DNA of 11,461 bases, from the IMG/VR virus record IMGVR_UViG_2565956612_000010, one strand, 5' to 3'. The position numbers and the translations under genes are program-made. The stretch's first letter is position 1, and every line of letters starts with the position of its first letter. The DNA is from a virus. Taxonomy: Duplodnaviria; Heunggongvirae; Uroviricota; Caudoviricetes. Below the pieces are notes generated by a model. The model worked only from the letters and a program-made list of their open reading frames with translations. It made no database searches and had not been told where the DNA came from. Shown here piece after piece: positions 1 through 8,434 of this stretch.

Positions 1-141
1 CTACTGCTTACACTGTAAGAACGCCGCAAACTCCGCTCCCCAGAAGCTCATCCGTATTTCGCACAGCGAACCGTGCAGCATCCAGATGATGAGGATTGCC
101 GTCACGCAGAACGTGATGGCCGTAAGCGATTTTTGCGACAT
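1..141 (-). CDS. hok: Hok/Gef-family type I toxin, 46-aa small membrane peptide
   Basis: Reverse complement of 1..141 gives ATG..TAG encoding MSQKSLTAITFCVTAILIIWMLHGSLCEIRMSFWGAEFAAFLQCKQ. It has an N-terminal hydrophobic helix and the SLCE(I/L) and E-x-AAF-L-x-C-K motifs recalled from HokA/HokC/HokE. Below the 60-aa cutoff of the ORF track. Confidence 0.7.
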   Translation of the reverse strand: MSQKSLTAITFCVTAILIIWMLHGSLCEIRMSFWGAEFAAFLQCKQ

Positions 142-271
142 AGCACTTGCTCCTTTTCCGGAGAGGCGCTAACCTTTCACTTGTCAAGGTAATGCGGTTA
201 GGGCCTCGGTTAAACAGAGATGTTTTCCGGGGCCTTTCCACATCTGGCCTTCGGGTATTCCCTCCGACCAT
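8..271 (-). CDS. Putative mok-like reading frame overlapping hok in another frame
   Basis: 87-aa ORF with an ATG at 269..271 covers the whole hok ORF in a different frame, as mok does in hok/sok loci. The protein has no recognisable fold; the call rests on position only. Confidence 0.3.
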   Translation of the reverse strand: MVGGNTRRPDVERPRKTSLFNRGPNRITLTSERLAPLRKRSKCYVAKIAYGHHVLRDGNPHHLDAARFAVRNTDELLGSGVCGVLTV

Positions 272-331
272 CAGCCGAAAGGCACCCGCGCGTAATCTAT
301 CGCTTTTTTGTTACTCCGGCAATTCTGCCTG

Positions 332-592
332 TTAATTCTGAGGTAAAGGCAAACTCATCTGATTGTTTCCCCTGTGTGAAGCTGGCAGCTCATGCCACGG
401 GATACCATCTGAAGAGTGAACGCCGGAGGCGTGTTTCGATGTGAATTTATGGAAAGCTTCCAGTGTTGAGAAGCATACACCGCATTCCAGGTTGTTACAC
501 TGGTAATACTTTTGCCGCACGGTGTTTGAATCATTTTCCGGACGACTGGTGCGGATACGGGCAGATGCGCCACAAAGCGGACAACGGAACAT
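332..592 (-). CDS. ogr: Ogr/Delta-family zinc-finger late-gene transcriptional activator
   Basis: N-terminus MFRCPLCGASARIRTSR...YYQCNNLECGVCFST matches P2 Ogr (MFHCPLC...RTSR...YHQCQNVNCSATF) with four Cys in C-x2-C...C-x4-C spacing. Strong SD AAGGGAGG sits 5 nt upstream of the ATG on the - strand (593..605). The C-terminus is longer than P2 Ogr. Confidence 0.8.
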   Translation of the reverse strand: MFRCPLCGASARIRTSRPENDSNTVRQKYYQCNNLECGVCFSTLEAFHKFTSKHASGVHSSDGIPWHELPASHRGNNQMSLPLPQN

Positions 593-793
593 AGCGACCT
601 CCCTTAACGTGGTGCTGGTTCTATTTTAAGTTGTACTGGCTCAGACTCCAACAGCCACTCCGTCTTGAGCAAAAAGTTAGCGCAGGAGTGCATGTTTAAA
701 CCTAATTGCTTTAAATATAGTGATTCGGATAACCAGATGACTTGTGTTTATATATGATAACGGTAAAAATCTACTCTCTATGAGAATGTTGAT

Positions 794-1954
794 GTGAAAA
801 TGGTCACTATGAAGATAACTAAGACAAATTTTGGTATAACTATTAATGATACTTTAATAACGGATTTTCGCGATGTAGTTAATGAAAGAGATTTTGTTTA
901 TAGTTACTTCATAAACAGAAATGGTAAAAATCAGTTCAGCCCTATTTGTTCATGCATGGATTGGATTACTGTTTCTGTACGCTATCTTATGAACATCCCT
1001 GAAATATCTGAAGACATTGATATTAAAACTATGCAGATTTATACTATTATATCATCAATCGATATAATAGTGGAAGCGGTGCGGCAACTCCATCGTATTA
1101 TTGAAAGTGACAATAATTTTATGAAATGGCCTTTTAAAGGCTCTGTTGATATTTTTAAGGATAAAATACATTATCTTTCGCATGAGGATGATGACTCTTA
1201 TTTTAAGAGTATTCGCGCTATTTTTGGTGCTCACCCTACGAATCTTAAAAATAACCACGGGGAGAGATTATTTGCGAGCTGGCCTCATTTTTATGCACTT
1301 AATAATAATGATTTTACTATAAGTCTTTATAATAACAAACCCGGTGTGGATGATATTATTTTTGGTATTAAATTTAACGAGCTTATCTCATATGTTGAAA
1401 GTAGGTATAAATATCTAGAAAAACTAATGGACTCTATAGTGGTAATTCGTAACAACCATTACGATGTTTTGTCCGCGCAAGTTATATCATCCACCGATAA
1501 CATTTATGATGAGTTGAGGCTGCTTCTTTCAGAAGTCGCTATACGAGGTAATAATGATTATTACCGAATGCAATTAGAAGAGTTAATTCATTTGTTTGAT
1601 GGTTGTGTTAAAGAGAAGCATCTTCAAGATGAAGTAAATGAGTTTTTGAGTAAACTCTATCCGATCGTTTTAGAGATTAGAAATAATCTTCAGAAAATGA
1701 ATGTTGAAGATTTAACAACTACTTGTGATGTGATTATTTCGAGGCTTCCTACAGGTGAATTAAGTTATGTTCTTCAGAAGATGTTTTCTTGTCTCCACTC
1801 AGATAGGGATGATCCATTGAAGGATTATTACCTTGATACTTTAAATAAATATACTGAAGGTTGGTATAATTTTTGCTCTGCAGATAACGATAGTACAACC
1901 TTGCTAAAACTTAGAATGATGCTGTATCGGTATCATCAGCAAAAACTTGATTAA
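794..1954 (+). CDS. Hypothetical protein; AT-rich orphan accessory gene (moron), candidate anti-phage defence or abortive-infection protein, family unassigned
   Basis: Long uninterrupted ORF of 386 aa in a region visibly far more AT-rich than the flanking phage genes. N/I/K/D/Y-rich protein, no Walker A motif seen. Track start is GTG at 794; in-frame ATGs at 800 and 809 are alternative starts; no strong SD. It is antisense to the flanking ogr and D. Confidence 0.6.
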   Translation: MKMVTMKITKTNFGITINDTLITDFRDVVNERDFVYSYFINRNGKNQFSPICSCMDWITVSVRYLMNIPEISEDIDIKTMQIYTIISSIDIIVEAVRQLHRIIESDNNFMKWPFKGSVDIFKDKIHYLSHEDDDSYFKSIRAIFGAHPTNLKNNHGERLFASWPHFYALNNNDFTISLYNNKPGVDDIIFGIKFNELISYVESRYKYLEKLMDSIVVIRNNHYDVLSAQVISSTDNIYDELRLLLSEVAIRGNNDYYRMQLEELIHLFDGCVKEKHLQDEVNEFLSKLYPIVLEIRNNLQKMNVEDLTTTCDVIISRLPTGELSYVLQKMFSCLHSDRDDPLKDYYLDTLNKYTEGWYNFCSADNDSTTLLKLRMMLYRYHQQKLD

Positions 1955-2030
1955 CGATGAGAAATAATGTCAGCGGATTTTTTATAATCTTGCATATCAA
2001 TTCATCGTTAGGTTTATGATTCCTATTTCG

Positions 2031-2069
2031 GGCACAGAGCAAACAGGTATATTATGTTGGCTCTGTGCC
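2031..2069. other. Perfect 10-bp inverted repeat (GGCACAGAGC / GCTCTGTGCC) with 19-nt loop between convergent genes
   Basis: Read directly from the sequence; lies between the stop of the AT-rich ORF (1954) and the stop of D (2085). No U-run follows on either strand, so it is not a classical intrinsic terminator. Confidence 0.4.
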
Positions 2070-2084
2070 GTATCTTCCCACCAT

Positions 2085-3191
2085 TTAGGTCTGCGCAATC
2101 CATTCAGGGATTTTTGTTTCAAGTTCAAGCTGCGTGGTAAAGCCGCTGTTATCAATGGTGTGCTCGGCTTTTGCAATAATCCAGTCCTGATTATCAATCT
2201 CGCTTTTAAATCCTGTTACCGTGCCATGCATTTCGGGGTAGAGTTCTGCGCGTCCACGTGCCAGTGTGATGGAGAACGCTGCGGCTCCGCGTTGTAGCTG
2301 CTGCCACTTTGCCGCCGCTGCGCGTCTTGCTGCCTGCTCGTTCTGATAAGTCTTGCGTAACACAAACACATTGCCTTCCGCGCCTTCCATATAATCACCT
2401 TCACGGCTGCTGCTTTTCTCCTTTTTGGGTTTTGGCGGTTTACGGCGTTTTACGCTGACTTTTTTCTTTTTCCCGTAATTAAGATCAAGCCAGTAGGCGC
2501 GTACCCCCGTATACGCCTCGCGGTCAGCAATACGGAACTGATGGCGATCGCTGCTGCTGCGTGTAATGGCGAACGAGGGCAACGGCTGGCCCTGTGCGTT
2601 CACGCCACCACCTGGCATGATGAATAACAGATTGCCGCTTTTTACCGTGGTGATTGCGCCCAGCATTTCCGCCATGCGCGTAAGGAAGGACATGTCGCTT
2701 TCTTCGGTCTGGTCGGCGTGGTCGATTTCAATATCCATCAGCATTTCGCTGATTTGCGGTTTCAGGCCGTATCGGTGAGCAATTGCAGACACCACGCGTT
2801 CAACGGTCACATCATGCCAGGATACTTCGCGCTTGACGTTAAATTCATCCCGAAAATCTGCGCTTCTGGCTGAAATGGTCAGTCTGTCGGGCGGTCCTTC
2901 ATGAGCAATTTCATCAACAATGTAAGTGCCTTTTTCTGTCAGCGGTTCTCCTTTCCAGCCAATGAGAACCGTCAGGCGCGCGCCCCGTGGCGGTAGCTGC
3001 AACTGACCATCCGCATCATCCAGCGTGATGGTGAGCTGGTCCGCTTCAAATCCCCGGTTGTCGGTCAGTGACAGGCTCATCAGGCGCTCTGCCACGCCGG
3101 ACAGCGTTTCCCCCTCCGCGAGAATATCAAAATCCGGCATTTTCACGGGGTCTGTGCCCTGACTGAGCAATTGCATGGTGGTGTCGGTCAT
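2085..3191 (-). CDS. D: P2 gpD-like tail protein (late control gene D family)
   Basis: Matches P2 gpD at LTDNRGFEADQL, SWHD, FLTR and the lysine-rich KKKVSVKRRKPPKPKKEK stretch. Start placed at the internal ATG 3189..3191 (MTDTTMQ...) because it follows the strong SD GGGAGGG; the upstream ATG at 3210..3212 is the track start. Confidence 0.88.
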   Translation of the reverse strand: MTDTTMQLLSQGTDPVKMPDFDILAEGETLSGVAERLMSLSLTDNRGFEADQLTITLDDADGQLQLPPRGARLTVLIGWKGEPLTEKGTYIVDEIAHEGPPDRLTISARSADFRDEFNVKREVSWHDVTVERVVSAIAHRYGLKPQISEMLMDIEIDHADQTEESDMSFLTRMAEMLGAITTVKSGNLLFIMPGGGVNAQGQPLPSFAITRSSSDRHQFRIADREAYTGVRAYWLDLNYGKKKKVSVKRRKPPKPKKEKSSSREGDYMEGAEGNVFVLRKTYQNEQAARRAAAAKWQQLQRGAAAFSITLARGRAELYPEMHGTVTGFKSEIDNQDWIIAKAEHTIDNSGFTTQLELETKIPEWIAQT

Positions 3192-3347
3192 CTTTCCCTC
3201 CCTGTGCAGCATGGTCGCATGTGCGTGCGGAGGGGGTTACTGCTTTTTGTTGTCGCCGTGGCGGGAGAACGGCGCAGGGGTGAGATTACGCGCGTGGTGG
3301 GTGATGATTGTTGCCGAATCATTTAACGGATACAAGGGGCTGAAGCT

Positions 3348-4532
3348 ATGAGTGAAACTCGTTTTCATGGTGCCCGTGTTACGGAAAGTACCGACCTGGT
3401 AACAGCGATTAATGATGTTGATTCCAGTGTTATCGGTATCGTGGCAACGGCGGATGATGCGGATGCGGAGCTGTTCCCGCTGAACAAGCCCACACTGCTG
3501 ACCCGCGTCAATGACGTGCTGGGAAAATGCGGAACAACGGGGACGCTTTATCGTGCGCTTAAGGCCATCGCAGACCAGGTGAGCACAAAGGTGATCGTCG
3601 TTCGCGTGGCTGAACACAAAGAAGAAGACGGAAAAACGCAGGATCAACTGGTTATCGGTGGTTCTGAATCTGACGGCAGCTATACGGGGATGTATGCGCT
3701 GCTTGTTGCAGAGCAGGATGAAAGCATCGGATACCGTCCGCGTATTCTGGCCGCGCCGGAGCTGGACACGGAGGCGGTAACAAAATCCCTGTGCGTGATT
3801 GCGGGTAAACTGCGCGCGTTTGTGTATGCCTCATGTCACGGCTGTAACACGATGGCTGAGGCGATTACCTACCGCCAGAAATTCAACGAACGTGAGGTGA
3901 TGCTCTTATGGCCGGACTTCATCGCCTACAACCCGAAAAGTGGCAAAAACGAAACGTTCCCCGCGCCTGCCTATGCGTGCGGCCTTCGTGCGTACATTGA
4001 CCATGAGCAGGGCTGGCACAAATCGCTGTCCAACGTTCCGGTTAAAAATGTGCTGGGGATGTCCAGGCATGTGTTCTGGTCGTTGCAGGCCGAAGACAGT
4101 GATGCCAACAGCCTCAACAACAAAGAAATCACGACCATTATTCGTCGCAACGGGTTCCGCTTCTGGGGCAACCGCACCCCGGAAACGAACGCCTACATCT
4201 TTGAGGTGTATACCCGAACCGCACAGGTGCTGGCTGATTCAATTGCGGAAGCGCAGTTTGAAACCATCGACAGTCCACTGACGCCTGCGAACGTGAAAGA
4301 TGTTATCAGTGCCATCAGGGCAAAACTGGATTCACTGGTTACTGCCGGGAAACTGATTGGGGCGTCGTGCTGGTATGACGTGGTGGATAACGGCACCACG
4401 AATTTACGTCAGGGGCGCGTGCGTATTCGCTACAAATATACGCCTGTTCCCCCGCTGGAAGACATGGAGCTTTACCAGTCGTTTACTGATGAATTCTTTG
4501 GTCCCGCATTTGCGGTGCTGGGAGGTGCCTGA
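3348..4532 (+). CDS. FI: Contractile tail sheath protein (P2 gpFI family)
   Basis: 394 aa; conserved blocks shared with P2 FI (DADAE-FPLNKP, QGWHK-LSNV, IRR-GFRFWGNRT, YTPVPPLE). SD AAGGGG 8 nt upstream. Its stop overlaps the FII start (TGATG). Confidence 0.95.
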   Translation: MSETRFHGARVTESTDLVTAINDVDSSVIGIVATADDADAELFPLNKPTLLTRVNDVLGKCGTTGTLYRALKAIADQVSTKVIVVRVAEHKEEDGKTQDQLVIGGSESDGSYTGMYALLVAEQDESIGYRPRILAAPELDTEAVTKSLCVIAGKLRAFVYASCHGCNTMAEAITYRQKFNEREVMLLWPDFIAYNPKSGKNETFPAPAYACGLRAYIDHEQGWHKSLSNVPVKNVLGMSRHVFWSLQAEDSDANSLNNKEITTIIRRNGFRFWGNRTPETNAYIFEVYTRTAQVLADSIAEAQFETIDSPLTPANVKDVISAIRAKLDSLVTAGKLIGASCWYDVVDNGTTNLRQGRVRIRYKYTPVPPLEDMELYQSFTDEFFGPAFAVLGGA

Positions 4533-5044
4533 TGGCTGTACCAAAACATCTTCGCTTTTTTACGCTGTTTGTGGATGGTGAAAACGAAGTGGGTAAGGTG
4601 ACGTCTGTCACTCTACCTAAGCTGACGCGCAAAACCGACAGCTACCGGGGTGGTGGCATGATGGGTGCGGTAAGTATTGATCTCGGTCTGGACGACTCCG
4701 CGCTTGATGCGAGCTTTGTCATGGGGGGCGCAGTTCGTGAGCTGTTCCTTAAGTATGGCGGCACGATTGACGGCACGCTGCTGCGTTTTGCGGGTGAATA
4801 CTACACCGATGCAGAAAGCGACCTGTATGAAGTCGAAATGCGCGGACGTGTGACGGAAATTGATATGGGGGAAGCCAAACAGGGCGAAGCCACATCACAC
4901 ACTTACGCCATTAAAAACACCTACTACAAGCTGAGTGTTAACGATCGCCCGTTGTGGGAGATTGACCTGCTGAACTTCATTTACCGGAAGGACGGCAAGG
5001 ACATTGTGCCCGATCGCATCCGTTCCGCGCTCGGGCTTGGCTGA
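4532..5044 (+). CDS. FII: Tail tube protein (P2 gpFII family)
   Basis: 170 aa; SVTLPKLTRK, YRGGG and VEMRGR blocks match P2 FII; translationally coupled to FI. Confidence 0.95.
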   Translation: MAVPKHLRFFTLFVDGENEVGKVTSVTLPKLTRKTDSYRGGGMMGAVSIDLGLDDSALDASFVMGGAVRELFLKYGGTIDGTLLRFAGEYYTDAESDLYEVEMRGRVTEIDMGEAKQGEATSHTYAIKNTYYKLSVNDRPLWEIDLLNFIYRKDGKDIVPDRIRSALGLG

Positions 5045-5098
5045 TAAGTAATATGCAGGCGGCGCAGTGCGTCGCCTCTGACTGAAAGGAGTTTCCTG

Positions 5099-5464
5099 AT
5101 GAAAGAGACGAAAAACATCGATACCGAAAACACGGTAGTTACTGACACTGTGAAAGAAACCAGTGAGCGTGGCGTAAAACTTACCCAACCAATTGAGCGA
5201 GGCGGCGAAAAAATCACGTATGTGGAGATCACCGGGGCTATTGAGCAGGCTGGATCTCTGCGAGATTTGTCGCTGTCTGATGTGCTGAATCTGAAAGCGG
5301 AATCCATGTTTACGCTGCTGTCACGCGTGACATCACCGCGACTGGATGAAGTGACGATCAAAAAAATGGCATCCCGTGACTTTATTCAGTTATGTGTGGT
5401 TGCCGTAAATTTTTTGAGCGGTGCGGACTCTGGCGGGAAGAACGAACAGGCGACGGAAGCCTGA
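5099..5464 (+). CDS. E: Tail assembly chaperone gpE (zero-frame product)
   Basis: 121-aa ORF directly after FII with SD AAGGAG (5086..5091); it contains a slippery heptamer near its 3' end and is followed by an overlapping -1 frame ORF, the P2 E/E' arrangement. Confidence 0.85.
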   Translation: MKETKNIDTENTVVTDTVKETSERGVKLTQPIERGGEKITYVEITGAIEQAGSLRDLSLSDVLNLKAESMFTLLSRVTSPRLDEVTIKKMASRDFIQLCVVAVNFLSGADSGGKNEQATEA

Positions 5465-5628
5465 TCACGGTTGTGTGCTTTGAGCACATAGAAGACTTTG
5501 TGGCGGATATTGCCGCCATTTTTAACTGGTCGCCCGCCGAAATCTTCATGATGACGCCCGGCGAAGTGGTTAGCTGGCGTGAGCGGGCGGCACTTCGCAG
5601 CGGGAATGCAGACAATGAAGACTCTTGA
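5099..5628 (+). CDS. gpE+E' frameshift fusion chaperone (E codons 1-106, then 70 codons of the -1 frame; about 176 aa)
   Basis: Deduced from the slippery site and the open -1 frame; analogous to P2 E/E' and lambda G/GT. Its 3' end overlaps the start of T. Confidence 0.6.
5410..5416 (+). other. Programmed -1 ribosomal frameshift slippery site T_TTT_TTG
   Basis: Heptamer TTTTTTG in the E zero frame (codons TTT 5411..5413, TTG 5414..5416). The -1 frame opens at 5416 and runs to a stop at 5626..5628, the same frame as track ORF 5392..5628. Confidence 0.65.
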
Positions 5629-8422
5629 TATCCGGGTCGCTTTCAGCGCCGTTGACAGGCTGACCCGGCCTGCCGAAAACGCCCGCCGCCTGATGGGGCA
5701 GTTTGGTGACTCCATCCAGCGAACGCAGGGGGCGATCAAAAATCTCGAGCGTCAGGCGCGATCATTTGAGCGCGCCCGCGACGCTGTCAGTAAAGCGGAT
5801 GCGGGTATCGTGAAAGCACGACGCCAGCTTAACGCCCTTAATCAGTTACAACGCACGGGTACAGTGCTCAGCGAAAAACAACAAAAGCTGATGCAGCAGT
5901 TAAGCACCCGGCTTGAACGCCTGAATGAATCGCGCACACGGGAAATTCAGAAAATGCGGGAGCTTGGCGGAGAGCTGATACGCCACGGCATTTCCCTGAC
6001 AGGCAGCGATAACACCATCCAGCAGGCCATCAGACGCACCGAACAGTACAACAACCAGCTTGAACGCGAACGGCAGGCGCTTGCGCGTGTAACGCGGGCG
6101 CGTGAGCGGTATTCGCGCGCGCAGGAAACCGCGGGAAAACTGAAAACAGGTGGTGCGCTGGCAATTGGTGCGGCAGCGGCGGGCGGCTATGCTGCCGGGC
6201 GTTTTTTGCAGCCTGCGATCGGGTTCGGCAAAGAGATGTCCCGCGTTCAGGCACTGACGCGAATCGACAAAAACAGCCCGCAGTTTAAGGCGCTGCGTGA
6301 GCAGGCGTTAAAACTTGGCTCTGAAACACAGTTTACTGCGAGTGATGCCGCCAGTGGGCAGAGCTTTCTGGCAATGGCTGGTTTTACTCCGCAGGCCATT
6401 CAGGCCGCATTGCCCGGTGTTCTTAATATGGCGCTGGCAGGTGGCGTCGAACTCGGCGAGACGGCGGATATAGGCTCCAATATCCTCACACAGTTCAACC
6501 TGACAGCCGATCAAATGGACCGGGTGGGCGATACGCTGACAGCAGCATTTACCCGGACCAATACTGATTTACGCGCGCTGGGCGAAACCATGAAGTATAC
6601 CGGTCCGGTTGCCGCAAAACTTGGTATCAGTCTTGAAGAAGCGGCGGCCATGGCCGGGATGCTTGCCAATAATGGTCTTCGCGGAAGCGATGCTGGCACG
6701 GCCATGCGCGCAAGTCTGTCCCGCCTTGCATCACCGCCAAAAGCTGCGGCTGATGCACTGAAAGAGCTGGGGGTGTCAGTTGCTGACGCCAGAGGCAAAA
6801 TGCGCCCGATGGAGGATGTGCTGCTTGATCTCTATAAGGCGACACAAAAATACGGACAGGTGGACCAGGTCTCCTTCTTCAAGGACATCGCCGGAGAAGA
6901 GGCGTTCGTTGGTTTGCAGACGCTTGTTGCGGCGGCTGGTTCAGGAGAGCTGCAAAAACTGACCAGAGAACTGCAGGGGGCAAGGGGAGAGGCCGATCGC
7001 GTTGCAAAAGTAATGGCCGATAATCTTGATGGGGACCTGAAAAATCTCGACAGCGCATGGGAAGGTCTTCGTATTCGCATCAGTGATCTGGTTGACGGTC
7101 CGCTGCGTTCTGTCACGCAGTGGCTCACGCGGGTGCTTGAAAAAATCACCTCGCTGGCGCAGGCCCATCCGGTACTGACGCGCCAGCTACTGATAGCAGG
7201 CGGTGCGTTGCTGGCAATGACTGCAACGATTGGCTCGTTGTCGCTGGTTATTGGGGTGCTTTACGGAAAGCTGGCCACCCTGCGTCTTGGTTTTGACATT
7301 CTTACCCGGTCAATGAATGTCGTCCGGGTGTTGCCTGCGCTGTGGGGAATGCTGACGGGTTCTGTTTCTTTGCTGGGAGGCGCTATCGGGGCGCTGTTCA
7401 GTCCGGTTGGATTGATTGCTGCTGCGTTTGTGGCTGCGGCGGTTCTCATCTGGAAATACTGGGAACCCATTAAGGCGTTTTATGCCGGGGTGTTCAACGG
7501 GATTATGGAAAGGCTGACCCCGTTGCGCGAAACCTTTGAACGGTTTGGTCCTGTTTTTGACGCAATCGGAAGCGGGATCAGCCAGGTGTTTAACTGGTTT
7601 AAATCGCTGCTGTCACCGATGGAGTCCAGCAAGGAAACGCTGGATAAATGTACCAGTGCTGGCGAGATATTCGGTAACGTTCTTGGCGGTGCGTTACAAC
7701 TTGTTCTGACACCTGCAAAAATGCTACTGGATACGCTGGCGTGGATACTTGAAAAACTTGGCGTCCTTCCGGATGAAGCGGAAAGGGCACGCAAGGAAAT
7801 CGAAGACGCACAGCGTGCGGTCATTCTTCAGGACAAGGTTGCCTTACTTCAGGGGGACCTGGCGAAAATCAATCCGCCGAAGCCTGTGGAAAATGGCAAT
7901 GGCACCGGAGGTGATAAACCCAAAGACAACAAACCGCTCACAGACAGCAATACCGGGACGCTACGCAGACTCAGCAAAATTGCTGATAACACAGGTAAGC
8001 TGGTTGATGAGACGAAAAAACGCATTGGCCCCGGCGATATTGTCTTTAAGAACCTGCCCCGCGCACTTGCTGTTCGTGGGGAGTGGCAGGAGCGGAAGAT
8101 TGCGCAGGTCAGTAAGCCTGCCCCCGCAATTAATATCACACCCGTGGTCCCGGCTCCGCTGCCTCCGGCGCTGGTCCCTGTTGTTGCGGCCAGCTCCCGC
8201 CCGGTGGCGGAGGCCATACGATCTCCAGTGGCATCAGTTCCTGTAACTTCCCGTAACCGGGAGCCTGTTGCCTCCGGATTTGGTGGTGAAATTCATGTTC
8301 ATCTGCATAACGTTGTTACGCAGAATCCCCGCGAACTGGCGAAACTGGTCGGTGAAATGGTCAGGGCAGAAATGGAACGGCGCGCCCGTGCCGGGCGTGG
8401 CAGTTTTTACGATAAAGATTGA
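5615..8422 (+). CDS. T: Tail tape measure protein (P2 gpT family)
   Basis: About 935-aa ORF with a coiled-coil-rich N-terminal half, hydrophobic glycine-rich central segments and a Pro/Ala-rich C-terminus, in the tape-measure position between E/E' and U. Start is ambiguous: track GTG at 5579, ATG at 5606, and ATG at 5615, which has GGGA 9 nt upstream. Confidence 0.9.
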   Translation: MKTLDIRVAFSAVDRLTRPAENARRLMGQFGDSIQRTQGAIKNLERQARSFERARDAVSKADAGIVKARRQLNALNQLQRTGTVLSEKQQKLMQQLSTRLERLNESRTREIQKMRELGGELIRHGISLTGSDNTIQQAIRRTEQYNNQLERERQALARVTRARERYSRAQETAGKLKTGGALAIGAAAAGGYAAGRFLQPAIGFGKEMSRVQALTRIDKNSPQFKALREQALKLGSETQFTASDAASGQSFLAMAGFTPQAIQAALPGVLNMALAGGVELGETADIGSNILTQFNLTADQMDRVGDTLTAAFTRTNTDLRALGETMKYTGPVAAKLGISLEEAAAMAGMLANNGLRGSDAGTAMRASLSRLASPPKAAADALKELGVSVADARGKMRPMEDVLLDLYKATQKYGQVDQVSFFKDIAGEEAFVGLQTLVAAAGSGELQKLTRELQGARGEADRVAKVMADNLDGDLKNLDSAWEGLRIRISDLVDGPLRSVTQWLTRVLEKITSLAQAHPVLTRQLLIAGGALLAMTATIGSLSLVIGVLYGKLATLRLGFDILTRSMNVVRVLPALWGMLTGSVSLLGGAIGALFSPVGLIAAAFVAAAVLIWKYWEPIKAFYAGVFNGIMERLTPLRETFERFGPVFDAIGSGISQVFNWFKSLLSPMESSKETLDKCTSAGEIFGNVLGGALQLVLTPAKMLLDTLAWILEKLGVLPDEAERARKEIEDAQRAVILQDKVALLQGDLAKINPPKPVENGNGTGGDKPKDNKPLTDSNTGTLRRLSKIADNTGKLVDETKKRIGPGDIVFKNLPRALAVRGEWQERKIAQVSKPAPAINITPVVPAPLPPALVPVVAASSRPVAEAIRSPVASVPVTSRNREPVASGFGGEIHVHLHNVVTQNPRELAKLVGEMVRAEMERRARAGRGSFYDKD

Positions 8423-8434
8423 GGAGTCATGGCC

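Noticed and set aside
2016-2404. ORFs 2016..2297 (+) and 2216..2404 (-) near the D 3' end
   Set aside because: They overlap the well-supported D gene in antisense or alternative frames and have Cys/Arg-rich low-complexity translations.
3192-3347. Ogr-type late promoter signature (TGT-N12-ACA) in the D/FI divergent intergenic region
   Set aside because: I could not find a clean match by eye; divergent late promoters are expected here but are not supported well enough to list as features.
3237-3647. 136-aa ORF on the - strand
   Set aside because: Antisense to the FI start and the D/FI intergenic region, Cys/Arg-rich translation; FI on the + strand explains this sequence.
5579-8422. Multiple antisense and out-of-frame ORFs inside the tape-measure gene (for example 6030..6254, 6511..6798, 6832..7149, 7480..7824, 7849..8217 on -, and 7749..8246 on +)
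   Set aside because: They are fully embedded in a long, well-supported gene, have low-complexity Ala/Arg/Ser/Pro-rich translations typical of spurious frames in GC-rich DNA, and lack start contexts.
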